From Acidobacteriota bacterium (GTDB taxonomy: Bacteria > Acidobacteriota > Vicinamibacteria > Vicinamibacterales > CAVVIG01), in NCBI GenBank assembly GCA_043743165.1, contig JAYTXA010000066.1, forward strand, positions 4,847 through 68,846: a DNA stretch of 64,000 nucleotides, read 5' to 3'. Shown piece by piece: positions 42,831-52,318 of this stretch (positions are counted from its first letter, which is position 1; the number at the start of each line of letters is the position of its first letter). The position numbers were made by a program, and so were the translations under genes. The notes under the pieces are model-generated. The model had not been told where the DNA came from. It saw only the letters and a program-made list of their open reading frames with translations, and did no database searches.

Positions 42831-43151
42831 ATGCTGGTCCCTACCGGAAATTCGCGCCTCGATCGCATCGTTGGCGACGTCGTCGCGCGAGCCGTCCGCA
42901 TGGTTCAACCGAGGCAGATCTGGTTGTTCGGGTCGCATGCGAGGGGCACTGCAACGAGAACGTCGGACGTAGACCTGGCGTTCGACATTACGTCGGCCGG
43001 ACGGGCGCGGTGGGCCGAGTTCGTGCTGGCTGCGGAGGATGAGGTCCCGGCCCTCGTCGATCTGGACCTGGTGGACATCGCCACGTGTACTCCCGCGCTG
43101 GCGACAGAAGCAACCGCAACCGGCCGGCTCGTCTTCGAGCAACGCGCATGA
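42831..43151 (+). CDS. nucleotidyltransferase-domain protein (MNT-type antitoxin)
   Basis: LFGSHARGTATRTSDVDLAF (GS..DxD NTase motif), 106 aa. Confidence 0.85.
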   Translation: MLVPTGNSRLDRIVGDVVARAVRMVQPRQIWLFGSHARGTATRTSDVDLAFDITSAGRARWAEFVLAAEDEVPALVDLDLVDIATCTPALATEATATGRLVFEQRA

Positions 43152-43531
43152 AGCCGCGGGCGCTGGCGAACGCTGAAGCGGCGGTGGCCAAGTTGACGGC
43201 GTTCGTGAGTGAACCCGCGATATCTGAACGCGATCGTGCGGGCGTCATTCAGGCGTTCGAGTTCACCTTCGAAGCGACATGGAAACTTCTGAAGTTCGCT
43301 GCGGAGCGAGAAGGCCTCGACGCCGAGTCTCCAAGGCGCGCACTCGTCGCGGCGCATAAGTTGGGCATCGTGCGAGATGAGATGTTGTGGCTCGACATGC
43401 TCCAGGACCGGAATCTCACCAGCCACGTCTACCACGCGGAGCTCGCCGGTCGCATCTTCACGGCCATCACCACCCGCTACGCGGCGGCCATCGCCGACGC
43501 CGTGGCGCTCGCGGCTGCCACGCTGCGCTGA
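43148..43531 (+). CDS. HEPN-domain protein (HI0074 family nucleotidyltransferase substrate-binding subunit; toxin partner)
   Basis: ATGA overlap with the MNT stop. FEFTFEATWKLLK and RNLTSHVY (Rx4-6H HEPN motif). Confidence 0.85.
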   Translation: MKPRALANAEAAVAKLTAFVSEPAISERDRAGVIQAFEFTFEATWKLLKFAAEREGLDAESPRRALVAAHKLGIVRDEMLWLDMLQDRNLTSHVYHAELAGRIFTAITTRYAAAIADAVALAAATLR

Positions 43532-43887
43532 ACGATTCACGCCGGTCCCTCGCGGCCGGCGTGGCCCGAGTCTCGCGGCGAGCCAAGTTCGATGGGCTCG
43601 AGTCGCAGGACGGGGCTGACGGCATCGCCGTACCACAAATGCAGCATCGTGCCGACTCGTCGACGTGCCCAGCCCATCCAAACGTGCCGTACCCATCCGG
43701 CGCAGAGAGCGACACACCGTCATCTGCAGGAGATGTGCTGAACCCCTCCGGAAGAATGGCGTTGAGACGACATGAGAGCTCAGCGCGAAATCGTTCCGGT
43801 GTGATCATTTGTTCAACCTCTCACTGAACCACCCCGACGCTCCTCGGGGGCACCACTACACCGCCATTGGTATACCATGGTGTAATC

Positions 43888-44157
43888 ATGGCGTTGAACC
43901 TGAAGAACCCGGACGTCGAGCGGTTGGCCAGCGAAGTGGCCCGGCTCACCGGAGAGTCCAAGACCGAAGCGATCCGGCGCGCGCTCGAAGAGCGGCGCCT
44001 GCGGCTGACGGCGCCGTCATCGAAGGCGCGGCGGACGCGCGTGCTGCGCTTCCTGCGCACGAAAGTGTGGGCGTCGATTCCGAAGGAGCAGCTCGGTCGC
44101 CGGTTGACGAGCGCCGAGGAGGACGCGTTGCTCGGCTATGGCCCAGAGGGCGTATGA
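43888..44157 (+). CDS. vapB: VapB-type antitoxin
   Basis: MALNLKNPDVERLASEVARLTGESKTEAIRRALEERR, 89 aa. It overlaps the downstream PIN gene (ATGA). Confidence 0.8.
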   Translation: MALNLKNPDVERLASEVARLTGESKTEAIRRALEERRLRLTAPSSKARRTRVLRFLRTKVWASIPKEQLGRRLTSAEEDALLGYGPEGV

Positions 44158-44543
44158 CGCTCGACACCTCCGCGATCATCGCGATCCTGTTTGCCGAGCC
44201 GGGCTATCTCGACATCCTCGATTGCATTCTCGAGGCGGAGCACGTGCGCGTAGGGGCGCCAACACTGGTGGAAACGAGCCTGGTGTTCACGGGGCGCAGG
44301 GGCGGAAAGGCAGGACGCGAAGTCGAAGAACTGGTGAAGGAACTCGCCGTCACCATCGTGCCATTCGGCGCGGCCGACTGGCATCGCGCCTCCGAGGCGT
44401 TTGCTCGCTACGGCCGGGGTCGTCACAAGGCCGCGCTCAACTTTGGTGACTGCCTGTCGTACGCGACGGCGACCATCGCCGACGACCTGCTGCTGTTTGT
44501 CGGCAACGACTTCCGCCACACCGACGTGCGGTCGGCTCTCTAG
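44154..44543 (+). CDS. vapC: PIN-domain ribonuclease toxin
   Basis: MTLDTSAIIAILFAEPG..NFGDCLSYATA..LLFVGNDF, with the conserved acidic PIN residues. Confidence 0.9.
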   Translation: MTLDTSAIIAILFAEPGYLDILDCILEAEHVRVGAPTLVETSLVFTGRRGGKAGREVEELVKELAVTIVPFGAADWHRASEAFARYGRGRHKAALNFGDCLSYATATIADDLLLFVGNDFRHTDVRSAL

Positions 44544-44619
44544 TCCGCGTCTACATCCTCGCTTTTCTGACGTCGTTCCCCCGATGGGAGAGGCCTCGCA
44601 CTACGGCCGGCGGCGGCCG

Positions 44620-45240
44620 TCAGAGAACCGAGGTCTGCGCTGTCCCAAACCATCTCACGACCGACGATCGAAGGCGCAAGAATGCTTCGTCCGTGCAACG
44701 TGTAAGGCTGATGTTCCGTGCGACCTGCTCGTAGAGGGCCGATGAGCGCGGAACCTGAGCGCGCCTGAACGCCGCGGTGAGCGCCTCTTTTGGGCGTAGT
44801 GGCTTCCCGTCCGGAGCAAAGACGAAGGACTGGGACTCCAGCCAAGCTCTGATGCCCTCCGAAAAGCGCCAATCCACCGCTGAGCGCAGGTGTGTCTCGG
44901 CTCCCCACATCCATGCATCCACCTCAGGGTAGATGACGATAGCCTTTGCGCGGTCTCCCCATAGGGCGCGTAAAGAACCATCCAACTGGGCTTCCAACTC
45001 AACGGGACCAACCGGAGAGCCGGAGCCTTCATAGTCCAGCAGCAGGAGGGCGTGGGAGAACCGACCGTGTTGAACGCCCAGCAACTGGCTGCCTCTGCGC
45101 CGCACACCGCCATCGCGGCCTTGCTCCACGAGAACCTCGAAATCGAGTGTTCGAATTCCGAGCGCCTCCGGCCGACTGAGGGCGCCACGAACGGTGTATT
45201 CGGTGTTCTTGTCAGGCACGAGCAGAATGAGATCGCGCAT
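44620..45240 (-). CDS. TOPRIM-like/DUF4276-like partner of the upstream ABC-type ATPase
   Basis: 206 aa. LILLVPDKNTEYTV, ALLLLDYEGSG and AIVIYPEVDAWMW lie in the order expected for the acidic TOPRIM/DUF4276 motifs. The assignment is from memory of family patterns and has not been searched. Confidence 0.5.
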   Translation of the reverse strand: MRDLILLVPDKNTEYTVRGALSRPEALGIRTLDFEVLVEQGRDGGVRRRGSQLLGVQHGRFSHALLLLDYEGSGSPVGPVELEAQLDGSLRALWGDRAKAIVIYPEVDAWMWGAETHLRSAVDWRFSEGIRAWLESQSFVFAPDGKPLRPKEALTAAFRRAQVPRSSALYEQVARNISLTRCTDEAFLRLRSSVVRWFGTAQTSVL

Positions 45241-45253
45241 CGCGCCGGCCGGC

Positions 45254-46510
45254 CTAACTGAGAATTCCGGATGCGAACATCACACCGAGGTCGGGCTCGC
45301 CTTGCTTCCAGTCACGTAACGCGGGGTGATCATCGCCTGACACGATGTCAGTGGCACCTGACGTGTCCTTTGCAAAGCACAGAACATCCTGCGGCTCAAC
45401 CATGTTCAGTGCGATAGCGCTGTGCGTCGCGAGGAGAACTTGGCCCGAGTACATTGATGACAGCGACTGCAGGACTGTCTCAATCGCCCTTGGGTGAATA
45501 CCGTTCTCGGGCTCTTCGATTAGAAACGTTCCGGTTACGTCAGGGAGGTAAGCGGGAATGGTCAGGGCCAGCAGCCGGAGGCTCCCGTCGGATACCAGCC
45601 AAGACGGAACGCGCGCTCCGTTTGCATAGGTCAGGACCAGATACCTGTGACGGTCCTCCTCGCGTTCAATCGTCTCGATGTCGACAATGTCTGCGAGAGC
45701 GGTCCTGACGTGCTCCAGCCAGCGCCGGAACGCGAGTTGGTTCTTCCGGAGCCCGTCGACAACCCAGGGCAAGTTCGAACCATCCGGCAGAAACTGCATA
45801 CCCACACCGGGCGGACTGGGCCGTCGAATCGCAAACCCATTGAGAGACAAAGTCTGGACTCCCTTCTCCAGCAGGCCCTGGAACCAGGTGCTGACAGGGA
45901 AGCTGTCGAGGTCCGCTGGCACGTTCGCGAGCGCGGACTTGCCTCGGCCCAGCCTGAACGACGGCATGTAGGACTTCTTGCCCTCGGTGTAGTAATTGTC
46001 GTTGCCGCCCGGCTTCTTGGTGATCGCCGCCTTCCTTCGTTTGCTCGAAGTCACTAGCAGTGTTGCCGGTAGCTCAGGCGGGCGTGGGAACTCCAAACGA
46101 GGCTGCGGCGGTTTGTGAGAGCCTTCGAAGAGCCACAGGGTTTCCTGGTCCAGTCCGACCTGATCCGAAGAGTCCCCAAGGCCGACCTGAATCTGGTAGC
46201 GAACGTGCGTGAAGCGCTGCTTGTCCTCGGACATGGCCTTTCGGATGTCCTCCGGAATCTTGGCTTCGACTGCGAGTTGGAAATCGACACCTTCCCCCAG
46301 CCACAGGAGCTTCCGATAGTCAAAGCTCCTGTCGAAGACAGTCTTGCGAACCTCGCCTCGATTCCGCATCAAGTCCCCGAGGAACGCGATGACATCCAGG
46401 AACGTCGTCTTGCCGCTCCCGTTCGGCCCAACAAGCGCCTGAAAGGGACCAATGTCCTGTTCAATGGCCTTCAGACTGCGGAACCGTCGAGCCTCAACGC
46501 GGGTGAACAT
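45254..46510 (-). CDS. ABC-type (AAA_15/AAA_21-like) ATPase
   Basis: 418 aa. FRSLKAIEQDIGPFQALVGPNGSGKTTFLD (Walker A), SDGSLRLLAL (signature-like), FLIEEPENGIHP (Walker B/D-loop), LLATHS (H-loop). Visibly more A/T-rich than the flanking genes. Confidence 0.85.
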   Translation of the reverse strand: MFTRVEARRFRSLKAIEQDIGPFQALVGPNGSGKTTFLDVIAFLGDLMRNRGEVRKTVFDRSFDYRKLLWLGEGVDFQLAVEAKIPEDIRKAMSEDKQRFTHVRYQIQVGLGDSSDQVGLDQETLWLFEGSHKPPQPRLEFPRPPELPATLLVTSSKRRKAAITKKPGGNDNYYTEGKKSYMPSFRLGRGKSALANVPADLDSFPVSTWFQGLLEKGVQTLSLNGFAIRRPSPPGVGMQFLPDGSNLPWVVDGLRKNQLAFRRWLEHVRTALADIVDIETIEREEDRHRYLVLTYANGARVPSWLVSDGSLRLLALTIPAYLPDVTGTFLIEEPENGIHPRAIETVLQSLSSMYSGQVLLATHSAIALNMVEPQDVLCFAKDTSGATDIVSGDDHPALRDWKQGEPDLGVMFASGILS

Positions 46511-46534
46511 GATGTGGGTGACGTTGCGGGGAGA

Positions 46535-46822
46535 TTATACGTCGCGCCAAAGCCCGTTCGCCTCTCGCGCTCCCGTCACATCCTTCTCCGTCACCCCACC
46601 CTCTGAGTGCGTCGTGTACGACACGGTGACGCGGCGATAGTTGATCGTGAGGTCGGGATGATGGTCGGCTGCTTCAGCCGGGTCGACGAGCCTGGACACA
46701 AATGCCACGGCTTCCGGAAAGCCATCGAATGTGAACTGCCGGACCAACGCGTCGCCCTGACGTGCCCATCCGGGCAGCGACGCGAGCCGCTGGTCGATGT
46801 CGTCATCCGTCAAGCGCGCCAT
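46535..46822 (-). CDS. phhB: 4a-hydroxytetrahydrobiopterin dehydratase (PCD/DCoH)
   Basis: 95 aa. LPGW..FTFDGFPEAVAFVSRL..AEAADHHPDLTINYRRVTVSYTTH. Confidence 0.9.
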   Translation of the reverse strand: MARLTDDDIDQRLASLPGWARQGDALVRQFTFDGFPEAVAFVSRLVDPAEAADHHPDLTINYRRVTVSYTTHSEGGVTEKDVTGAREANGLWRDV

Positions 46823-46831
46823 GTGTACTCC

Positions 46832-47191
46832 TCAGACGTTCGGCCGTCGCGCCCGCACGTCGTCGAGGGTGGTACGCGCCGCGTCCACCTGTTCGAGCGA
46901 CGCCCTGCTGCCGTCCGCCGCGCTCGAGTCGCGGGCAATCGCGAAGGCGGCATCGGCCATGGCGCGGTGATACGCACGTTCCGCCTGCTGCAGCGTTGCG
47001 AGCGCCTGCGTGTGCTCGTATTGCCATTCGAGCCAGCGTGTCAGCGTGTCGAGCGCCTCAGGCTCCGAGTTGCCAGTGACGTCGATGCCGAAACGATCGC
47101 CGGTGTCGACGCGGACGGCATAGGCCGTCGCCGTGCCGGCCTGTTCGGTGGTGCGACGCGAGTAGGTGTGAGGTCCGAGTGTGAGGTCCAT
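46832..47191 (-). CDS. hypothetical protein
   Basis: 119 aa with protein-like composition. It sits 6 nt downstream of the oxidase gene on the same strand. No family recognised. Confidence 0.45.
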   Translation of the reverse strand: MDLTLGPHTYSRRTTEQAGTATAYAVRVDTGDRFGIDVTGNSEPEALDTLTRWLEWQYEHTQALATLQQAERAYHRAMADAAFAIARDSSAADGSRASLEQVDAARTTLDDVRARRPNV

Positions 47192-47197
47192 GGGTAT

Positions 47198-48310
47198 CTA
47201 CAACAGTCCGAAGCGGGCCGGCGAAGTAACGGCCAGCGCCTCGTCAATGCGGCCGCCGACGATGGCATCGGCCACCAGGTGCGCGGTGAGCGGCGCCAGT
47301 AGCACGCCGTTACGGTAATGCCCGGTGGCGTACATCAGTCCGGGCACCGCCTCGGACCAGCCGATGATCGGCAGCGGGTCGGGGCTACCGGGACGCAGCC
47401 CGACACGCGCCGAGAGTAGTGTGGCGCGCCACGCATTTGGCAGCAGGTCGCAGACCGCCTCCAGTAACTGCCGCACCCCCGCCACCGTCGTCTGTTCCTC
47501 GAAGCCAGCGTCTTCGACGGTTGCGCCGACCAGCAGCGTGCCGTCGCGCCAGGGCACGAGGTAGCAGTGCTCGTCCCAGGTGATGCGCGCCACGTGCGGG
47601 CCATTCCATCCGAGGTGCAGCAACTGGCCGCGGATCGGCCGCACCGGCACGGCTCCCGATGCGCCTTCCACCTCCACCTGCCCGGACCAGGCCCCGCACG
47701 CCAGCACCACCACGTCCGCGTCGATCGTGCCGTGGTCCGTGTCGATGGCGACGCGAGTGCCGTTTCGACGGATGCGCGTGGCCACGGCCTGCGGACGCAG
47801 CGTCGCTCCGCGACGGCGGGCCGCTTCCACCATCGCCTGCGTCATGCCGGGAGCCGAGATGAGTCCCTGCGTCGGGAGCAGCAGACCGCCGTAGATGTCC
47901 GACGCCAGGTTCGGCTCGTGCGCCCGGGCTTCCACTGGGGTCAGCACCTCGGACGGCACGCCCAGCTCGCCCAGTTCGCGGTGCATCGAGGCAAAGTGGT
48001 TGAGCGTCTCCTCGGCCCTCGCCACATGCAGCGTCCCCGACCGGTCGTAACCAACGGCGACACCACTGTCGGCTTCGACGGCCCGGACAAATTCATCGAA
48101 CAGCGCCAGGCTTCGAGCGCCGAGCGCAAGCAGCGGACCGCCTTCGGCGGCCTCTGTATAGGGGGCGAGCATGCCGCCAGACGCCTGGGTGGCGCCTGCG
48201 CCGGGCGCCCGGCCATCCAGGATGGAGACCGAGGCCCCGCGCCGGGCCAGTTCCGCGGCAATTGCGCAGCCGACGATGCCGGCCCCGATGACAACGATGT
48301 CGCGGGCCAC
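47198..48310 (-). CDS. FAD-dependent oxidoreductase, glycine/D-amino-acid oxidase (ThiO-like) family
   Basis: 370 aa. DIVVIGAGIVGCAIAAELARRG..SILD dinucleotide fold, and a DAO-family C-terminal HYRNGVLLAP. Confidence 0.85.
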   Translation of the reverse strand: MARDIVVIGAGIVGCAIAAELARRGASVSILDGRAPGAGATQASGGMLAPYTEAAEGGPLLALGARSLALFDEFVRAVEADSGVAVGYDRSGTLHVARAEETLNHFASMHRELGELGVPSEVLTPVEARAHEPNLASDIYGGLLLPTQGLISAPGMTQAMVEAARRRGATLRPQAVATRIRRNGTRVAIDTDHGTIDADVVVLACGAWSGQVEVEGASGAVPVRPIRGQLLHLGWNGPHVARITWDEHCYLVPWRDGTLLVGATVEDAGFEEQTTVAGVRQLLEAVCDLLPNAWRATLLSARVGLRPGSPDPLPIIGWSEAVPGLMYATGHYRNGVLLAPLTAHLVADAIVGGRIDEALAVTSPARFGLL

Positions 48311-48448
48311 GCCTGAATATTACGTTAAGATCACCCCAAAGCCTGCCGCGCCTCCCGGTCCGCGGGCGCCTCTCACATACAGTCGTCTCTCTCGCCTCGT
48401 TGATGCACCGCGCAGGCGACACAGATCCCAAGGTTCGCTGTTACAGAT

Positions 48449-51400
48449 ATGCGGAAACTGCTCGTCGCCAACCGCTCGGAGATTGCCATTCGCTGCTTCC
48501 GTGCCGCCACCGAACTCGGCATGCGCACGGTCGCGATCTACAGCCAGGAGGATCGCTTCTCGCTGCATCGCTTCAAGGCTGACGAAGCCTTCCTCATCGG
48601 GCCGCCGATTGGCGGCGAACCAGTGCGGTCGTACCTGAACATCGAGGCGATCGTCGCGCTGGCGAAGGAACAGGATGTGGACTGCATCCACCCCGGCTAC
48701 GGGTTCCTCTCCGAGAACGCCGCGTTCGCGCGGGCATGCGCAGAAGCCGGCATCCAGTTCATCGGGCCGACGCCCGATCACCTCGAGGCGTTCGGCGACA
48801 AGACGGCAGCGAAGAAACTGGCCGCCGCGGCCGGCGTGCCCACCATCCCCGGCACGGAAGAGGCGATTGCCGACCCGGCCGAGGTCGAGCGCGAAGCGCA
48901 GCGCATCGGTTACCCGCTGATGATCAAGGCAAGCTTCGGCGGCGGCGGACGCGGCATGCGCGTCGTGCAGAACGCTGACGAACTGCAGGGCAAGCTGGCC
49001 GAGGCTCAGCGCGAAGCCGGCGCTGCGTTCGGCCGCGCCGAGGTATTCCTCGAGCGCTACATCGCCCGCGCCAAGCACATCGAAGTGCAGATCCTCGGCG
49101 ACGCGCACGGCAACCTCGTTCACCTGTGGGAGCGCGACTGCTCGGTGCAGCGCCGTCACCAGAAGGTGGTGGAGGTCGCGCCGAGCATCAACCTGCCAGA
49201 GGCGCTTCGCCGCCAGATCTGCGACTCGGCCGCGGCTCTCTGCCGTTCCATCAACTACCGCAGCGCCGGCACGGTCGAGTTCCTGCTCGACGTCGATCGC
49301 AACGAGTACTTCTTCATCGAAGTGAACCCGCGCATCCAGGTAGAACACACCGTCACGGAAGTGGTGACCGGCATCGACCTTGTGCGCAGCCAGATCCTGG
49401 TGGCCGAGGGGCACAGGCTGCACGAGTCGCCGCTGAACATCCCGCTGCAAGAGAAGGTGGAGACGCGGGGCGTCGCCATGCAGTGCCGCGTCACGACCGA
49501 AGACCCCGAACAGAACTTCACGCCCGACTACGGCCGCATCACCACCTACCGCTCGGCCGGCGGCTTCGCCGTCCGTCTCGACGGCGGCAACGGCTTCGGC
49601 GGCTCGGTCATCACGCCGTACTTCGACTCGCTGCTGGTGAAGGTCACCACCTGGGGCTCGACGCTCGAGGAAGCGGGCCAGCGCTCCGATCGTGCGTTGC
49701 GCGAGTTCCGCATCCGCGGCGTCAAGACGAACATCTCGTTCCTGCTGAACCTGATCGAGCACCCGACCTTCAAGTCGGGCGAGGCGACGACGACCTTCAT
49801 CGACCAGACGCCGGCGTTGTTCCGCTTCCGCGCCAACCGCGACCGCGCCACCAAGACGCTGTCGTACCTGGGTGACGTCATCGTGAACGGCCGGCCCGAC
49901 GTGAAGGGCGCGTTCAATCCGAAGCGTTCGCTGCCGGCACCGGTGCCGCCGCCGGTGCCGCGCGCCAGCCTGCCGCCCGCCGGCACCCGGCAGAAACTGC
50001 AGGAGCTCGGTCCCGAGAAGTTCGCCGAGTGGATCCGCAACGAGAAGCGGCTGCTTGTCACCGACACGACGATGCGCGACGCGCACCAGTCGTTGCTGGC
50101 CACACGCGTCCGCACCTACGACATGCTCGTGGTGGCCGATGCCGTGGCGCGGCTCACGCCCTCACTGTTCAGCCTCGAGATGTGGGGCGGCGCGACGTTC
50201 GACACCTCGATGCGTTTCCTGCAGGAAGATCCGTGGCAGCGCCTCGCCGACCTGCGCCAGCGCGTGCCGAACATCCTGTTCCAGATGCTGCTGCGCGCCA
50301 GCAACGCCGTCGGCTACACCACCTATCCAGACAACGTGGTGCGCGCCTTCATCAAGCGCAGCGCCGAGGGCGGCATCGATGTTTTCCGCATCTTCGACTC
50401 CCTCAACGCCACATCGAACATGCAGTTGGCGATCGAGTCGGTGCGCAACGACACGAACGTCCTCGCGGAAGCGGCGCTCTGCTACACCGGCGACATTCTC
50501 GACCCGACGCGCACGAAGTACTCGCTGAAGTACTACATCAAGCTCGCCAAGGAACTGGTGCGTATGGGCACGCACGTGCTCGGCATCAAGGACATGGCCG
50601 GCCTGTGCAAGCCGTACGCGGCCTACGCGCTGGTGAAGGCGCTGCGCGACGAGGTTGGCGTGCCGATCCACTTCCATACGCACGACACCAGCGGCATCAA
50701 CTCGGGCAGCGTCCTGCGCGCCTGCGATGCCGGCGTCGATATCGCCGATGCGGCGCTGGCGTCGATGGGCAGCATGACCAGCCAGCCGTGCCTCAACGGC
50801 ATAGTGGCGGCGCTGAAGTACACGGACCGCGACACCGGGCTCGACCAGGTGGCGCTCGACGATCTGAGCCGCTACTGGGCGGCGGTGCGCGAGTTGTACT
50901 ACCCGTTCGAGGAAGGGCTGAAGGCGCCCGGACCGGACGTCTACCAGCACGAGATGCCGGGTGGCCAGTACACGAACCTGCGCCAGCAGTCGAAGAGCCT
51001 CGGGCTCGAGGGCCGCTGGCCGGAAGTGTGCCAGGCCTACGCGACCGCAAACCGCCTGGTGGGCGACATCGTGAAGGTGACGCCGTCGAGCAAGGTGGTG
51101 GGCGACCTCGCGCTGTTCCTCGTCACCAACAAGCTCTCGGCTGACGACGTGATGCAGTCGACCGTGCCGCTCAGCTTCCCGCGTTCGGTCGTCGAGATGA
51201 TGCAAGGGTTGCTCGGCGAGCCGGACGGCGGCTGGCCGAAAGACTTCCAGGACATCGTGTTGAAGTCGGCGCACGTCGAGCCGATCGTCGGACGCCCGGG
51301 TGCGTCGATGGCGCCGGCCGACTTCGAGGCTGCGGCGAAGGACATCCAGCCGAAGATTCAGCGCGAACCGTCGGAGGCGGACGTCCTGTCCTACGTCCTC

Positions 51401-51904
51401 TACCCGCAGGTCTATCTCGACTTCCAGAAGCACGTGGCGCTGTACGGCGACACGTCCACGATTCCGACGTCGAATTTCTTCTACGGCCTGCAGCCCGGCG
51501 AGGAAGCGTCGATCGAGATCGAGCGCGGCAAGACGCTCATCGTGAAGTTCCTCACGATGGGGCAAGTGCGCGAGGACGGCACGCGCACGGTGTTCTTCGA
51601 ACTGAACGGTCAGCCGCGCGCGGTCAGCGTCATCGACCGTTCGGTGTCGGCCACGGTGAAGCGCAACCCCAAGGCCGACCCGGACAATCCGGCGCACATC
51701 TCGTCGCCGATGCCGGGCAAGGTGTCGTCGGTGGCCGTGCGAACGGGCCAGGCGGTGAAGAAGGGCGAACGCCTGCTCTCGATCGAAGCGATGAAGATGG
51801 AGACGGCGGTCTACAGTCCGCGCGACGGCAAGGTCGGCGAGATTTCCGTCGACGCAGGGTCGGCCGTGGAAGCTCGCGACCTGCTGCTCGTCCTCCGCGA
51901 CTGA
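48449..51904 (+). CDS. pyc: pyruvate carboxylase
   Basis: 1151 aa. Biotin carboxylase N-terminal domain (MRKLLVANRSEIAIRCFRA), carboxyltransferase TIM domain (LLVTDTTMRDAHQS), C-terminal biotinyl domain (IEAMKME). Confidence 0.95.
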   Translation: MRKLLVANRSEIAIRCFRAATELGMRTVAIYSQEDRFSLHRFKADEAFLIGPPIGGEPVRSYLNIEAIVALAKEQDVDCIHPGYGFLSENAAFARACAEAGIQFIGPTPDHLEAFGDKTAAKKLAAAAGVPTIPGTEEAIADPAEVEREAQRIGYPLMIKASFGGGGRGMRVVQNADELQGKLAEAQREAGAAFGRAEVFLERYIARAKHIEVQILGDAHGNLVHLWERDCSVQRRHQKVVEVAPSINLPEALRRQICDSAAALCRSINYRSAGTVEFLLDVDRNEYFFIEVNPRIQVEHTVTEVVTGIDLVRSQILVAEGHRLHESPLNIPLQEKVETRGVAMQCRVTTEDPEQNFTPDYGRITTYRSAGGFAVRLDGGNGFGGSVITPYFDSLLVKVTTWGSTLEEAGQRSDRALREFRIRGVKTNISFLLNLIEHPTFKSGEATTTFIDQTPALFRFRANRDRATKTLSYLGDVIVNGRPDVKGAFNPKRSLPAPVPPPVPRASLPPAGTRQKLQELGPEKFAEWIRNEKRLLVTDTTMRDAHQSLLATRVRTYDMLVVADAVARLTPSLFSLEMWGGATFDTSMRFLQEDPWQRLADLRQRVPNILFQMLLRASNAVGYTTYPDNVVRAFIKRSAEGGIDVFRIFDSLNATSNMQLAIESVRNDTNVLAEAALCYTGDILDPTRTKYSLKYYIKLAKELVRMGTHVLGIKDMAGLCKPYAAYALVKALRDEVGVPIHFHTHDTSGINSGSVLRACDAGVDIADAALASMGSMTSQPCLNGIVAALKYTDRDTGLDQVALDDLSRYWAAVRELYYPFEEGLKAPGPDVYQHEMPGGQYTNLRQQSKSLGLEGRWPEVCQAYATANRLVGDIVKVTPSSKVVGDLALFLVTNKLSADDVMQSTVPLSFPRSVVEMMQGLLGEPDGGWPKDFQDIVLKSAHVEPIVGRPGASMAPADFEAAAKDIQPKIQREPSEADVLSYVLYPQVYLDFQKHVALYGDTSTIPTSNFFYGLQPGEEASIEIERGKTLIVKFLTMGQVREDGTRTVFFELNGQPRAVSVIDRSVSATVKRNPKADPDNPAHISSPMPGKVSSVAVRTGQAVKKGERLLSIEAMKMETAVYSPRDGKVGEISVDAGSAVEARDLLLVLRD

Positions 51905-51928
51905 CGCGGGCAACAGGGGGCCTCTGCT

Positions 51929-52318
51929 GTGACCGATTCGACAGAGACACCCCGGCGGACGGTCGCCGTGGTGGACGACGACCCCACCTGCTCGCTCATG
52001 CTCGACCGCATCTTCTCGCGGTCCGGCCACAGCGTGGTGGTCTTCGGGAGTGGCGAGGCGTTCCTCGAGGCGATCGGCACCCAGACGATCGACGTCGTCT
52101 GTCTCGACATGGGACTGCCCGGCATGACCGGTCTCGACACGCTGCGGGCCGCCAAACAGATGGCGCCGGCGCTGCCCATCATTCTCTTCTCGGCGGCTGC
52201 CGCGGAGATCCACACGGACGCCGTGGCCGCGGGAGCAACGGCGTGCGTGCCGAAGACCGGCGCATGGGCGGAACTGCGTCTGGCTGTCGCCGGCGCCATC
52301 GCCGCCGGCGCTGTGTAG
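51929..52318 (+). CDS. single-domain response regulator (CheY-like)
   Basis: VAVVDDDP..VVCLDMGLPGMTGLDTL..PIILFSA. GTG start. Confidence 0.8.
   Translation: MTDSTETPRRTVAVVDDDPTCSLMLDRIFSRSGHSVVVFGSGEAFLEAIGTQTIDVVCLDMGLPGMTGLDTLRAAKQMAPALPIILFSAAAAEIHTDAVAAGATACVPKTGAWAELRLAVAGAIAAGAV

Noticed and set aside
43467-43808. 113-aa minus-strand ORF (MITPERFRAELSCRLNAILPEGF...) in the gap between the HEPN and VapB genes.
   Set aside because: No recognisable family. Its 3' third overlaps the HEPN gene convergently and turns Arg/Pro-rich. It could be a short real gene or a remnant, but the evidence is insufficient.
48311-48448. TPP riboswitch upstream of the ThiO-like oxidase (minus strand).
   Set aside because: I found no CUGAGA ... 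ACCUGAUCUGGAUAAUGCCAGCG-type core in the correct order. The gene is not followed by thiS/thiG, so it may not be a thiamine gene at all.
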